Shown: positions 1-10,202 of the stretch, one piece after another
Layout: every line of letters begins with the position of its first letter
How positions within the stretch are numbered: position 1 is the first letter of the stretch
Assembly: GCA_012519065.1 (NCBI GenBank)
Contig: JAAYQV010000131.1
Coordinates: forward strand, 1-62,817
Reading direction: 5' to 3'
DNA length: 62,817 bases
From: Phytoplasma sp.
GTDB taxonomy: Bacteria; Bacillota_I; Bacilli_A; Acholeplasmatales; Acholeplasmataceae
The notes under the pieces: generated by a model
What the model saw: only the letters and a program-made list of their open reading frames with translations
The model's database searches: none
What the model was told of the DNA's origin: nothing
Program-made: the position numbers and the translations under genes

Positions 1-135
1 ATTTGATTTAACTAAGGTTGTATAATAAGTAGCTAATTATACCCTTCATATTTTGAAATCAACCTTAATATGAGGTTTTTTTCTGTTAAACACTTTAATC
101 CCTTGACTTCTAATAGTTAGTCTCTCTTTTTAACA

Positions 136-346
136 ATAAAAACGTCCTTAGTAAAAAAATCTAAGGACGAATGATTTCGCGGTACCACCTTAGTTCTAGT
201 TATTTTTATATAACTAGCACTCTTTATCGTTAAAGCCGATTTACTTTTAGCTCATAAGGTAGCTTTCATATCATCACACGGTCTATTTTCACCTAATATA
301 GACTCTCTTTTTTCGTGTTTCTATACTACTCATCTTAATCATCGCT
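136..346 (-). ncRNA. T-box riboswitch leader; specifier probably GCU (Ala)
   Basis: T-box AAGGTGGTACCGCG on the minus strand at 178-191. Stem I has GA-motif ends, AGUA, AGAGA and GGUGAAA boxes, and specifier loop GAA-A-GCU-A (261-263). Terminator hairpin CGTCCTTAG/CTAAGGACG (143-169) is followed by a U-tract. Confidence 0.9.
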
Positions 347-387
347 ATTTTTATTTTAGCATATTTCGATTCATCATTCAATCATAA

Positions 388-2160
388 TTACTTAAATTGA
401 CTCATAAATAATTCATGATAAAAGCCTTCTTGTTTTAATAGCTCAGCATGATTTCCTTGTTCAATGACATCACCATTTTTTAAGACTAAAATAAGATCAG
501 CATTTTGAATGGTAGATAGTCTATGAGCAATGATGAAAGATGTTTTATCTTTCATCAGATTTTGCATCGCTTCTTGAATTTGAATTTCCGTATGAGTGTC
601 AACATTTGATGTTGCTTCATCAAAAATTAAAACTTTTGTTTTTGAAAGCATAGCTCTTGCCATAACTAGTAATTGCTTTTGACCTTTAGATATATTGCTC
701 GCATCATCTGCGATTTCTGTTTGATAACCTTTAGGTAATTTAGTGATAAAATCATGAATTTTAGCTTTTTTCGCTGCTTCTATGACCTCATTTAAATCTT
801 TTGTATCATTACCGTAAGTTAAGTTATCAAAAACGCTACCTCTAAATAACCATGTATCTTGTAAAACCATTGAATAATTTTTACGATACTCTTTTCTTTT
901 TAACATTTGAATTGGAATACCATCAAAAAGAATTTCCCCTTCATTTGGTTCATAAAACCTCATAAGCAAGTTAACGATTGTTGTTTTCCCAGCACCTGTC
1001 GGACCTACAATAGCAACTTTCATACCTGGTTTAGCTTTAAAATTTAAACAATGAATGACTGGCCTATTTTCAATATACCCAAACTTGATGTTTTTAAATT
1101 CTATTTCTCCTTGTGGATTTTCGATGATTGTAGCATCTTTTAAATCTTTAACCTCATCAGCTTCATCTAAGACGGCAAAGACTCTTTCAGAAGCTGCTAA
1201 AGCACTTTGAATGTCTGCAACAATATTACTTAATTGGTTAATTGGTCCTGAAAATCTTCTAGAATATAACATAAAACTAGCAAGACTTCCTAATGTAATG
1301 AGGCCGTATACATTAAGAATACCACCGATAGAAGTCACTAGGACAACTGATAAGTTGTTAATAAAGTTAACAGTAGGCCCCACAACGGTTGAAAGTCTAC
1401 CTGCATAATAACTTTTATCTGCTGTATCTTGATTTTCTATTTTATATTTTTCTAAGGTAGCTTCTTCTTGAACATAGGATTTGATTGTTTTTTGAGCAGT
1501 GATCATTTCTTCTGTAAAGCCGTTTAATTGTCCTAGTTGTTTATTTCGTTGTCTTAATCTAGCTTTGATTCTTCTGGATAACATATTGGTTGTAATAAAT
1601 GAAAGCGGGATAGTAATAATAAAGATGACTACTAATATAGGAGACATAACAAGCATCATCACAAAGGAGACAACTAGGGTAATAATACTTGTTATAATAC
1701 TTATGACATCACTAGCAAGTGAAGTACTGATACTGTCAATATCATAACTCATTTTTGAGATGATGTCTCCTGTTTGATTGGTATCAAAATAGGAGACAGA
1801 TACTCTAGTAATTTTTTCAAATAAATCTTGTCTTAGTTTATAAACAACACCTTGTGCGATTTTAGCCATTGCAATCGATAAAAAATAGTTTAAAACAGAG
1901 CTGGTAATATAAAATGCTACCATAACACCTGCTATGATATAAACCTCTTGAAATTTAACGCCTTCGCTCATTGCTCCAATCATTCTTCCGATAAGATATG
2001 GACCTACTAAAGAAAGTCCATTTGCTACAACGGTAAGGATAAGTCCTAAGATGAGTTTATATTTATAAAAAGATAAATAAAACCATAATCTTTTTAAAAC
2101 CCCTTTTCTATCTTTAGGCTTAGGTGCTTTAATGCTTTCAACTGTCTTTTTTTGTGTCAT
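388..2160 (-). CDS. ABC exporter fused TMD-NBD, consensus subunit of a heterodimeric multidrug-type exporter (TM288-like)
   Basis: N-terminal TM helices; Walker A GPTGAGKT, signature ISKGQKQ, Walker B LIFDEATS, H-switch IAHR. Confidence 0.93.
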   Translation of the reverse strand: MTQKKTVESIKAPKPKDRKGVLKRLWFYLSFYKYKLILGLILTVVANGLSLVGPYLIGRMIGAMSEGVKFQEVYIIAGVMVAFYITSSVLNYFLSIAMAKIAQGVVYKLRQDLFEKITRVSVSYFDTNQTGDIISKMSYDIDSISTSLASDVISIITSIITLVVSFVMMLVMSPILVVIFIITIPLSFITTNMLSRRIKARLRQRNKQLGQLNGFTEEMITAQKTIKSYVQEEATLEKYKIENQDTADKSYYAGRLSTVVGPTVNFINNLSVVLVTSIGGILNVYGLITLGSLASFMLYSRRFSGPINQLSNIVADIQSALAASERVFAVLDEADEVKDLKDATIIENPQGEIEFKNIKFGYIENRPVIHCLNFKAKPGMKVAIVGPTGAGKTTIVNLLMRFYEPNEGEILFDGIPIQMLKRKEYRKNYSMVLQDTWLFRGSVFDNLTYGNDTKDLNEVIEAAKKAKIHDFITKLPKGYQTEIADDASNISKGQKQLLVMARAMLSKTKVLIFDEATSNVDTHTEIQIQEAMQNLMKDKTSFIIAHRLSTIQNADLILVLKNGDVIEQGNHAELLKQEGFYHELFMSQFK

Positions 2161-3884
2161 AAGATTTCGCCCCCTAACTGATGCATCATAATAGATTGGT
2201 AAGCGGCTGATGTTTCTAATAATTCTTCGTGTGTTCCTTTTCCTATGATTTTCCCGTTATCTATTAATAGAATCACATCAGCATCTTTAACACTACTTAT
2301 TCGTTGTGCAACAATAATTTTTGTTGTTTCAGCTAATGATTTTTTAATTGCTTGTCTCATGAGCATATCCGTTTGATAATCTAGTGCACTTGATGCATCA
2401 TCTAAAATCAGCAATTGCGGTTTTCCGGCAACCGCTCTTGCAATTAAGAGTCTTTGTTTTTGCCCACCTGAAATATTAGAACCTCTTTGCGCCATTCTTT
2501 CATAGTTTTTTAAAGGCATCTGATCAATGAAGGTTGCTTGAGCAATGCTTTTTGCAAACTCAACCGTTTCTAAATCAATATGTGTTCTATTAAATTGAAT
2601 GTTTTCATAAATAGTCTCGGATAATATTAAATCATTTTGTAAAACCACACCTATAGTCTCTCTTAGCTTCTTTTTATTGATGGTGTTAATGTTTTGTCCA
2701 AAAAGATTTATTTCTCCTTTTTGTGGTTCATAAAAACGCATCATTAAGTTGATGATGGTAGTTTTTCCTGCTCCTGTTGCTCCTAGAATACCTAAGGTTT
2801 GTCCTTTATACAATTTAAAACTAATATTTTCTAAATGATCTGCAACACCATTATATGAGAAACTAACATTTTTAAATTCAATATGTGGCTCTGTTGGTAT
2901 GATTTTAATTTCAGTTGCACCAAAATCTTCTTCTATTTTTAAGTCTAGGACTTCTTCAATTCTTTCTGCAGATGCTGATGCACGTGATAATCTAATAAAT
3001 ACTCTTGTTAGTGACATGGTCGCGTTTAGAATGATAGTAAAATAAGTAACAAAAGCAAGTATTTCCCCTACTTGTGTGGCTTGATTAAATACTCTAAAAG
3101 CCCCTACAATTAGGACCACAACTAATCCTATATTCATAACTAAATCAACCAGCGGTCTAATTTTTGACATAGTGACTGTTGCTTTTAGTTCTTCTTGTAC
3201 AACTAAACTATTGTCTTGATGAAATCTTTGATTTTCATATTCAACCATAGAAAGTGCTTTAACAACTCTAGCACCTGTAATGTTTTCTCTTAAAGTTCTA
3301 ATCAATTGGTCTACTCTATATTGAATGTTTGCATATAAAGGTCTCCCTTTTTTAGAGTTACTAATCGAAAAATAGATGATAAAAGGAACTAATGAAACCA
3401 TAATTAAAGCTAAAACCCAATCAAGAAAAAAGGAAACGATGATACCACCTATAAATAGTATGGGTGCCCTAACTCCCAGTCTTTGAATCGTTCCAATTGA
3501 AGTAAAGATGTTGTATGTATCTGTTGTCATTCTTGAGATTAAAGAACTTGATGTTATATCATCTATTTGAGAAGCTGATAATTCATTAATTTGCTCAAAT
3601 AATTCATTTCTAATATCTCTAACTGAATACGCTGCAACATATTCTGCGATTCTATTGGCTCTAATATTAAATGTCCAACCAATAAGAGCGATGGTAAGCA
3701 TTGCTAATCCAAGTAAAATAATGTTAGTAAGATTATCTTTTTGGGCGATTGGTAGAAGATCATCAATTAAGTAGGCAGTTAAAAAAGGCAAAGCTAAATC
3801 TGCTAAAGTACCGATTACCTTTAAAGTAATTGATTCTGTTACTTTTTTGCTATATGGCTTCATCTTTTTAAATATAAATTTCAC
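2157..3884 (-). CDS. ABC exporter fused TMD-NBD, degenerate subunit (TM287-like)
   Basis: GATGAGKT and ISGGQKQR motifs; degenerate Walker B LILDD and Q-switch VAQR; ATGA overlap with partner gene. Confidence 0.93.
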   Translation of the reverse strand: MKFIFKKMKPYSKKVTESITLKVIGTLADLALPFLTAYLIDDLLPIAQKDNLTNIILLGLAMLTIALIGWTFNIRANRIAEYVAAYSVRDIRNELFEQINELSASQIDDITSSSLISRMTTDTYNIFTSIGTIQRLGVRAPILFIGGIIVSFFLDWVLALIMVSLVPFIIYFSISNSKKGRPLYANIQYRVDQLIRTLRENITGARVVKALSMVEYENQRFHQDNSLVVQEELKATVTMSKIRPLVDLVMNIGLVVVLIVGAFRVFNQATQVGEILAFVTYFTIILNATMSLTRVFIRLSRASASAERIEEVLDLKIEEDFGATEIKIIPTEPHIEFKNVSFSYNGVADHLENISFKLYKGQTLGILGATGAGKTTIINLMMRFYEPQKGEINLFGQNINTINKKKLRETIGVVLQNDLILSETIYENIQFNRTHIDLETVEFAKSIAQATFIDQMPLKNYERMAQRGSNISGGQKQRLLIARAVAGKPQLLILDDASSALDYQTDMLMRQAIKKSLAETTKIIVAQRISSVKDADVILLIDNGKIIGKGTHEELLETSAAYQSIMMHQLGGEIL

Positions 3885-3899
3885 TTAATCGCCTCTTTC

Positions 3900-4733
3900 T
3901 CATCTCATTTGTTTTAAAAATGCATCAAATACATCCTTTGTTACAGTCGCATCCGTCTTCGCATCATGTGACTGGTCTTCTTTTGATTGATAGTAAATTT
4001 GATATGCTTTAAATAATCCAATATCATTTTTTAAGTTAAAATAATCTTTATGTAGTTTTAATAAATCTGTAAAATCTTTTTCATCTGTTAATGCTTCTAC
4101 TTGATGAAGTTCATAAGATGTTTGTAGTGCAGAAATATCATTTTTTCCCCATATAATAAGCTGAGGCTTATATTGTTTAATAATTTTTTTTAATTTATTA
4201 TAAAAGGTTATATAAGGGATTGCTTGGTTGAAAAATAAGTTTTCATCTAGCTGTAGAAATTTTTTCGTTCTTTTATTAATACTTTTTTCATCTATTGGTA
4301 AAACATAGTACCCATCTTCTAAAATAGTTTTTCCTGATTTATCTGTTAAAACATATCCTGCTTGAATGATTTCTGGCGTGAATTTCTTTTGATGATAATA
4401 TGGCATGGTCATTTCAAAATCTATAAAAAGAAAATGATCGTATTGTTTTACAACATTCTTCATTTGTTCTCTTAATTTTTCTAGATCATAAATGACGTTT
4501 TTCTTAGGATTATACGAAACAATTTCTAGAAAATAAGATATTTGATACCCCCATCTTCCTAGAAGTTTTTTTCTTTTATCTAAAATGGTAAAGGAAGCAA
4601 ATACTCCAGGATATAAATGTTCTAAAAATACTTTAGCTAGTCTATTAGGTAGGTAAAACATTTCTTTTTTTCCGTTAACCACACAGTAAAATACTTTGTT
4701 TTTATAGTCTACATCTGTTATTTGATATTTCAC
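3900..4733 (-). CDS. DEDDh 3'-5' exonuclease (KapD/ERI1-like) with an extra N-terminal domain
   Basis: Exo I FIDFEMT, Exo II WGKND, Exo III HDAKTDA; GTG start overlaps the uvrC stop. Confidence 0.8.
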   Translation of the reverse strand: MKYQITDVDYKNKVFYCVVNGKKEMFYLPNRLAKVFLEHLYPGVFASFTILDKRKKLLGRWGYQISYFLEIVSYNPKKNVIYDLEKLREQMKNVVKQYDHFLFIDFEMTMPYYHQKKFTPEIIQAGYVLTDKSGKTILEDGYYVLPIDEKSINKRTKKFLQLDENLFFNQAIPYITFYNKLKKIIKQYKPQLIIWGKNDISALQTSYELHQVEALTDEKDFTDLLKLHKDYFNLKNDIGLFKAYQIYYQSKEDQSHDAKTDATVTKDVFDAFLKQMR

Positions 4734-6466
4734 TTTAACACCTCTTTAATCTTTTTTGCTACTTCCATTGGAATACCAATGGCATTAATTTCTTCGATAC
4801 TTGCTTTTTTAATCTCATCGATACTATAAAAAGATTGTAGTAGTTTTTTCTTTCTTTGGACACCTAATCCTGGTATTTGATCAAAGATCGAAACTTGTTC
4901 TTTTTTTGCTTTTGTTTTTCTATGAAAACTAATTGCAAAACGGTGAACCTCTTCACTAAAACTTAATAGTAAACGATATAATTCACTTTTCTTATCTAAG
5001 TTAATTTCTTTTTCTGCTGTTAATAAGGATTGTAACTGGTGTTTTTCATTTTTCTTTAAACTCCCTACGGGAATATTTAAACCTAAGCTTTCTATAACTT
5101 GAAGACCTACATTTAATTGACCAATACCACCATCAAGCAAAATCAAATCAGGCATTGGTTTATTTTCCAATAAAAGACGTTGATATCTTCTATATAAAAC
5201 CTCTCTAAATGATTGATAATCGTCTTGAATGGCTGTTTTAATATGGTACTTGCGATATAATTTTTTTTCAAATTTTAAGTCTTTATAAACAACCATCGCT
5301 GAAACTGGAGCAACACCAAACAACTGTGCATTATCAAATATCTCAATAGTATTTATTTGATTTGAAAAAATATTAGATAATTCTATGAGTGTCTTTTGTA
5401 AAGTTTCTTCTTTTACTCTATAAAGCATATGATATTTTTCTAAATCTTCTTTAGCGTTTTTATAAGCTAAATCATATAATTTTTTCTTATCTCCTCTTTT
5501 AGGAATACTCACCTTAGCGTTAAGTATATTTGATATTTGCAAATCTTCAAATGCTTCATTTAAAACCAATTCATCAGGAATGAGTTCATTTTCATAGTGT
5601 TGCATTAAATAGGTGATTAGATTATCGTTAATTTCGCCAATATATGAAAATATTTTTTGTTCAGTATCTAAAATTCTTCCTTCTCTCATTTTTAAGATAT
5701 GAATGGCAAGATCATCGTCGTTATAAGCATAGCCAATAAAGTCTCTATCTTTAAAATCATTGATTTGAACAATTTGTTTTTCGGTAGTGGTTTTGACATG
5801 TTCTATCATATCCCGATATTCGATGGCTTTTTCAAAGGAAAGATCGCTACTTGATTTTTCCATTAAAAATTGTAATTTTTTTAAAACTTCTTTTGTGTCT
5901 CCCTTTAAAAACTTAGTGATTGAATCAATATTAGGTTGATAGTCAATATTTTCATGAGCACAAGGACCCAAACATTGTCCAATATGGTAATAAAGACATG
6001 GTTTTTTACCTATTGGATTACATCTTCTTAGTGGATATAGTTTTTGAAGTAATTTAACTGTTTCCTTTGCACTAGAGACATTAGGATATGGGCCAAAAAG
6101 TGTTTTATTTTGGGGAACTTTTTTATATCTTGAAACAATTAACATTGGATCTTTTTCTCTTGTAATTTCTATATATGGATATGTTTTATCATCAATTAAT
6201 CTAATATTATATTTAGGTGAATACTGTTTAATTAAGTTAGCTTCTAAAATGAGCGATTCTTGTTCATTGTTAGTCATTACATATGAAAAATCAGCTATTT
6301 CAGAAACTAAAAGAGCTGTTTTTTTATTATGAGATCCTGTGAAATAACTGCGGACTCTATTTTTTAAGTTTTTCGCCTTCCCTACATAAATGACTTCTCC
6401 TATTTTGTTTTTCATCAAGTAACAACCAGGATCATTTGGGATATTTTTTAGTTTGTCTGTAAACAT
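4730..6466 (-). CDS. uvrC: Excinuclease ABC subunit C
   Basis: GIY-YIG domain (PGCYLM...YVGKAKNLKNRV), Cys cluster, RNase H-like domain (FDNA, DDY, LLDGG), C-terminal HhH IPGLG. Confidence 0.97.
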   Translation of the reverse strand: MFTDKLKNIPNDPGCYLMKNKIGEVIYVGKAKNLKNRVRSYFTGSHNKKTALLVSEIADFSYVMTNNEQESLILEANLIKQYSPKYNIRLIDDKTYPYIEITREKDPMLIVSRYKKVPQNKTLFGPYPNVSSAKETVKLLQKLYPLRRCNPIGKKPCLYYHIGQCLGPCAHENIDYQPNIDSITKFLKGDTKEVLKKLQFLMEKSSSDLSFEKAIEYRDMIEHVKTTTEKQIVQINDFKDRDFIGYAYNDDDLAIHILKMREGRILDTEQKIFSYIGEINDNLITYLMQHYENELIPDELVLNEAFEDLQISNILNAKVSIPKRGDKKKLYDLAYKNAKEDLEKYHMLYRVKEETLQKTLIELSNIFSNQINTIEIFDNAQLFGVAPVSAMVVYKDLKFEKKLYRKYHIKTAIQDDYQSFREVLYRRYQRLLLENKPMPDLILLDGGIGQLNVGLQVIESLGLNIPVGSLKKNEKHQLQSLLTAEKEINLDKKSELYRLLLSFSEEVHRFAISFHRKTKAKKEQVSIFDQIPGLGVQRKKKLLQSFYSIDEIKKASIEEINAIGIPMEVAKKIKEVLK

Positions 6467-6536
6467 AATTTCACCAATATAATTTTACCATATTTTTACA
6501 GTTTTTAAAAGAACGCACTAAAGTTATCTTTAGACG

Positions 6537-6569
6537 AAAAAAGGCTCTTTTCTTTTGAAAAGAGGCCTT
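6537..6569 (-). terminator. Intrinsic terminator after the pectate lyase gene
   Basis: AAGGCTCTTTTC/GAAAAGAGGCCTT hairpin with a minus-strand U-tract. Confidence 0.7.
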
Positions 6570-6578
6570 ATTTTCATT

Positions 6579-9500
6579 TTATTTTAGTTTTAAAATATCA
6601 TCTACTATTTCCCAATTTTCATTTGATACAATATTAGGGAAATTAGTTGTCCAGAAGTTTTCATTAACACCTGACATATCTTCTAAAAGAGTGTCTGACG
6701 GAATGTTTAATCCACCACCTGCTTGAGTGTTTGTCCCCCATACGTTGACTAATGGCTCTAACTGAACATCTAGGTTACCAGCTATATGCCCATAACTTCT
6801 ATTAGATTCCGGTATTCTTTCAATGTTATTTCTATTATTGATAAAAACATCTTTGAAGAATCCATAGGTTGTTTCACTATTTACTTTTCCTATGAGACCA
6901 CCCATATTTCTGTTTGACGTAATTTCTGTATTAATGATTACAATTCTTTGCCCTGTAGCTATACCGCGAAGTCTTGCGATTAATACAGCAACCATATCAT
7001 CTGTTGACTCAACATTAACGGTGTGAATATAAATATCTTCAACGTGTGCTTCTGCTTTTTGATCAACACTTCCTAATAATCCACCTGTATTACCATTAGC
7101 ATATACAGTTGAATCCGTCAGTGTAATATTTTTAGCATAAACTGTAGAACCTGTTTCAATACGCCCTACTAATAAACCAGCGTAATTTCTATTTGAGTCT
7201 AAACTGCTATTTTTAATAACTATATTTTCAAACCAAGCTTTACCAAATGTTCTTCCTGCAACAATACCAGAACGGTCTCCTGCTTTAACAGAACCTGATA
7301 AATTACCATCTTCATCATAAAGTGGTTTATCTGCTACTTGAATCTTAACATTATCAAAAATAACATTTTTAATAATACCACCTTCTACAGTATGGAATAC
7401 ACCACCAGAAAATCGATGGATATCAATGTTTTTTAAAGTAAAGTTTTGTCCATCAAATATACCTTGGAATCTATTAAGTCCACCATCTAAATATGGGAAG
7501 TTACGATTGTAGTCTGTGAAATCTAAATCGTTTTGTAGTATATAATAATTGCCTCTTGTTTTCCATGACATCAACATATCAAAAAAATCATTAACAGTTT
7601 CAATTTTTACAACTACTTCTTTTTCTATCTTATGGGTAACCACTGGGCTTACTTTGCCATTTTCCAGTGTCACAAAGTGGATGAAATCTAAATTATTCGT
7701 TTTTTCTTCTTCTAATTGAATTGTTGTAGAAGTTATTGGTTTGACGATAGTGTCTGTATGATTTATGATTTCTTCTGCCGTTAAAGTTTGTGTATTTGTA
7801 AATAGATAATATAAACTACCATCTGCTACATAAACATCTAAACTAACATCAATGGTTTCGTTAAATTCATTTGAAATATTATAATCATATATTTCGTTTG
7901 GAAGGCTTTCATCATAGACAACATATTTAATTTCATATTCAAATTGATCCCATTCATGAATGAGTGATTGAATAAGGTATACCATCTTATAAACGCCTGG
8001 TACATCTGTTTCAATATTATGATCAATGTAATATGTAAAATCTTTTTCTATTTTCAATTCTTTTCCTGTATAAAAATTATATAATTTAGGTGTTTGTATC
8101 GTAACCGATTGTCCAAGTCTACTTAATACTGTTTCTAGGTTTTCTACACGATCTTGATCAATTTTTACACCCGGAATGAGTGTTGATGAATCTATTTGAC
8201 CTGTTATGTCTAACCAGTTAAAACCTTCTATTTTACCTACGCCTATTGGATTATCTTTAAATATTTTAGTTAATTTAACCGCTTCATCTACTTGGTATTC
8301 ATATGGCACTTCTTGGTAATTTCTAAAGTAGAAATCAAGATCATAATCAATATTGGTATTAGACTTATGCCATGGATTGTTATATGTCTGATCTGTACTA
8401 GACCCTAGATAGTAACTAGAATCTAATCTATATTCACTATCCTTTACTAAGTATCTTCCTGTAAAATCAGGATCTAGATTACTTGCTTGGTGTGTTTTAA
8501 CTGCTTCATTTACTCCTACAAAACGGCTGTTTTCCATTAAAATTGCTCCTTGTTCTGTAGGTACTAAACCTTGGCTAATCACTTTCATCCCTAAGGTTCT
8601 TAACGGATAGATTTGAGATGAATCTAAAACAACGTTATACATATGGATATCTCCACGTCTTAATCTAGGGAATCTATCTTGTAAGTTTTTAGCATAAATG
8701 TGGTGCATAGTTATAGTAATATTTTCAAAACCAATACCACCTTCAGTGTTCCCAAAGTTAAATCCTTTTTTTTGCGCAGCAGCTACTGTCATGATTTGTT
8801 CTTTGGTTAAATTATTTCTTAGTTCATTATAATAAGGATACTTACTTCTATTTGCTTCTAATTCATCAAATTGAGCTTTAATAAAGTCATCTGGGACAAA
8901 ATCTAGGTCCAACCACGATAAAGTAACGTTTTGAACATTGGTTTTAGCATCCACTATACCATCATAAGCTGTGTTAAAGGTTATATGGTCTAGCCAAACA
9001 CCATCGACATTTTCTAAGGTGAAATAATCCCAGTCATTTACCTTATAATCCCCTTTATCTTCCTCATCCCATTCCCATATGCCTGTCATTTTTAAGTTTC
9101 TAAAGACAATGTCTTTTGAATTACCTTTAATATGCACAGTTAAATGATTAAGTGTTATACCTTCATCAGAATATATCATCAAACCTTCTCGTTGATCAAT
9201 AATTAATTGCCCTACACCAGTTTCTTTTAATATTGGGTGAAGTAATGGTGTGTTTTGATTTTTACGATAATAATATCCTCTCATATAATCTTTATCTATT
9301 TCATCTTCTGTTTTACCAGCTTTAATTAATTGCTCTTTAACATAGTTTGACCCCATGTTTAAATCTTTATTTATTTTAATGACAACATTTTTAGTTGTTC
9401 GTGTGTTTTTTAAAACTTCTAAAAATTCTACTTCGTTATTAACTTCATAGAAATTTTCTACTTGATTTTTTCTATTGCTAACGCTTAAAGATGCAAAACC

Positions 9501-9860
9501 CGCAGGATTTTTAAATACTTCTGTATCTTTTGCTAAGTTATCCCATGTTTTAGCAACCGTCTTGTATTCATAAAATTCTACTTTTCCATCTAATTGTATA
9601 ACTAGTTCTAAGGTAATTTCAACATCTTCATCTGGTCTAATAAATCTGCCTTCAGATGATAAAATTTGGCTATGGCTTGAAATCCAGCTTAATTTTGCCG
9701 TAGGATATAAATCCGTCTTTCTTGGTAACTCTATATTCTCAGTAATTTCCTTCGGGATTTCAATACTCTTATATATTTTGTCAAACTTTGTGTTTTTACC
9801 ACACGCAGCTATTATGAACAAAAAAGATATTGAAATAATAAAGCCTAATACTTTTCTCAT
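6579..9860 (-). CDS. Multidomain surface lipoprotein with a PL1 pectate lyase domain, Ig-like modules and a C-terminal GLUG-like beta-helical repeat region
   Basis: Signal peptide with lipobox IAAC; PL1 motifs VWLDH, DGIVD, NVTLSW, RFPRLR, HMYN; C-terminal repeats GIVAG/GLLVG/GGLLG/GGLIG. Confidence 0.85.
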   Translation of the reverse strand: MRKVLGFIISISFLFIIAACGKNTKFDKIYKSIEIPKEITENIELPRKTDLYPTAKLSWISSHSQILSSEGRFIRPDEDVEITLELVIQLDGKVEFYEYKTVAKTWDNLAKDTEVFKNPAGFASLSVSNRKNQVENFYEVNNEVEFLEVLKNTRTTKNVVIKINKDLNMGSNYVKEQLIKAGKTEDEIDKDYMRGYYYRKNQNTPLLHPILKETGVGQLIIDQREGLMIYSDEGITLNHLTVHIKGNSKDIVFRNLKMTGIWEWDEEDKGDYKVNDWDYFTLENVDGVWLDHITFNTAYDGIVDAKTNVQNVTLSWLDLDFVPDDFIKAQFDELEANRSKYPYYNELRNNLTKEQIMTVAAAQKKGFNFGNTEGGIGFENITITMHHIYAKNLQDRFPRLRRGDIHMYNVVLDSSQIYPLRTLGMKVISQGLVPTEQGAILMENSRFVGVNEAVKTHQASNLDPDFTGRYLVKDSEYRLDSSYYLGSSTDQTYNNPWHKSNTNIDYDLDFYFRNYQEVPYEYQVDEAVKLTKIFKDNPIGVGKIEGFNWLDITGQIDSSTLIPGVKIDQDRVENLETVLSRLGQSVTIQTPKLYNFYTGKELKIEKDFTYYIDHNIETDVPGVYKMVYLIQSLIHEWDQFEYEIKYVVYDESLPNEIYDYNISNEFNETIDVSLDVYVADGSLYYLFTNTQTLTAEEIINHTDTIVKPITSTTIQLEEEKTNNLDFIHFVTLENGKVSPVVTHKIEKEVVVKIETVNDFFDMLMSWKTRGNYYILQNDLDFTDYNRNFPYLDGGLNRFQGIFDGQNFTLKNIDIHRFSGGVFHTVEGGIIKNVIFDNVKIQVADKPLYDEDGNLSGSVKAGDRSGIVAGRTFGKAWFENIVIKNSSLDSNRNYAGLLVGRIETGSTVYAKNITLTDSTVYANGNTGGLLGSVDQKAEAHVEDIYIHTVNVESTDDMVAVLIARLRGIATGQRIVIINTEITSNRNMGGLIGKVNSETTYGFFKDVFINNRNNIERIPESNRSYGHIAGNLDVQLEPLVNVWGTNTQAGGGLNIPSDTLLEDMSGVNENFWTTNFPNIVSNENWEIVDDILKLK

Positions 9861-9888
9861 ATAATCTCTCCTTCAATATTATTTAATG

Positions 9889-9936
9889 TGAAAACGCTTC
9901 CTTTTATAGTTTAGCAAATTTACATCACTTTTTCAA
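9889..9936 (-). promoter_or_regulatory. Sigma-A promoter of the pectate lyase gene with a downstream cre/LacI-type operator
   Basis: TTGAAA-17-TAAACT with TG extension (9936-9908); operator TGAAAACGCTTCCT at 9889-9902. Confidence 0.65.
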
Positions 9937-9965
9937 TACTAAGAGAATACTAATACTATATAAAA

Positions 9966-9990
9966 GAAAAAAGCGCCTATGCGCTTTTTC
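9966..9990 (-). terminator. Intrinsic terminator after rpmF
   Basis: AAAAAGCGC-ctat-GCGCTTTTT. Confidence 0.8.
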
Positions 9991-10001
9991 TTAATCTAAT
10001 C

Positions 10002-10187
10002 TTATTTAGATTCTTTTTTCTCTAAAACAAGTTGACCTTTGTAATAACCACTGTTTGGAGTTACTCTATGTGGTAAAGTAAATTCTCCTGTTTGAGGACA
10101 TACTACTAATGCTGGAGCATTTAACTTATAATGCGTGCGACGTTTTCTTTTCGCAGTCTTACTTGTTCTTCTAAATGGAACTGCCAT
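10002..10187 (-). CDS. rpmF: 50S ribosomal protein L32
   Basis: [19 protein letters not shown]; GAGGTG RBS; follows the DUF177 gene. Confidence 0.97.
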   Translation of the reverse strand: MAVPFRRTSKTAKRKRRTHYKLNAPALVVCPQTGEFTLPHRVTPNSGYYKGQLVLEKKESK

Positions 10188-10202
10188 CTACCAATACACC
10201 TC

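Noticed and set aside
258-262. UAC (Tyr) as the T-box specifier
   Set aside because: UAC abuts the closing stem and is followed by C, whereas GCU is followed by the expected unpaired purine; Ala is preferred but unproven.
2157-3884. Inactive or pseudogenised ABC subunit because of the D-for-E and Q-for-H substitutions
   Set aside because: This is the normal degenerate site of heterodimeric ABC exporters.
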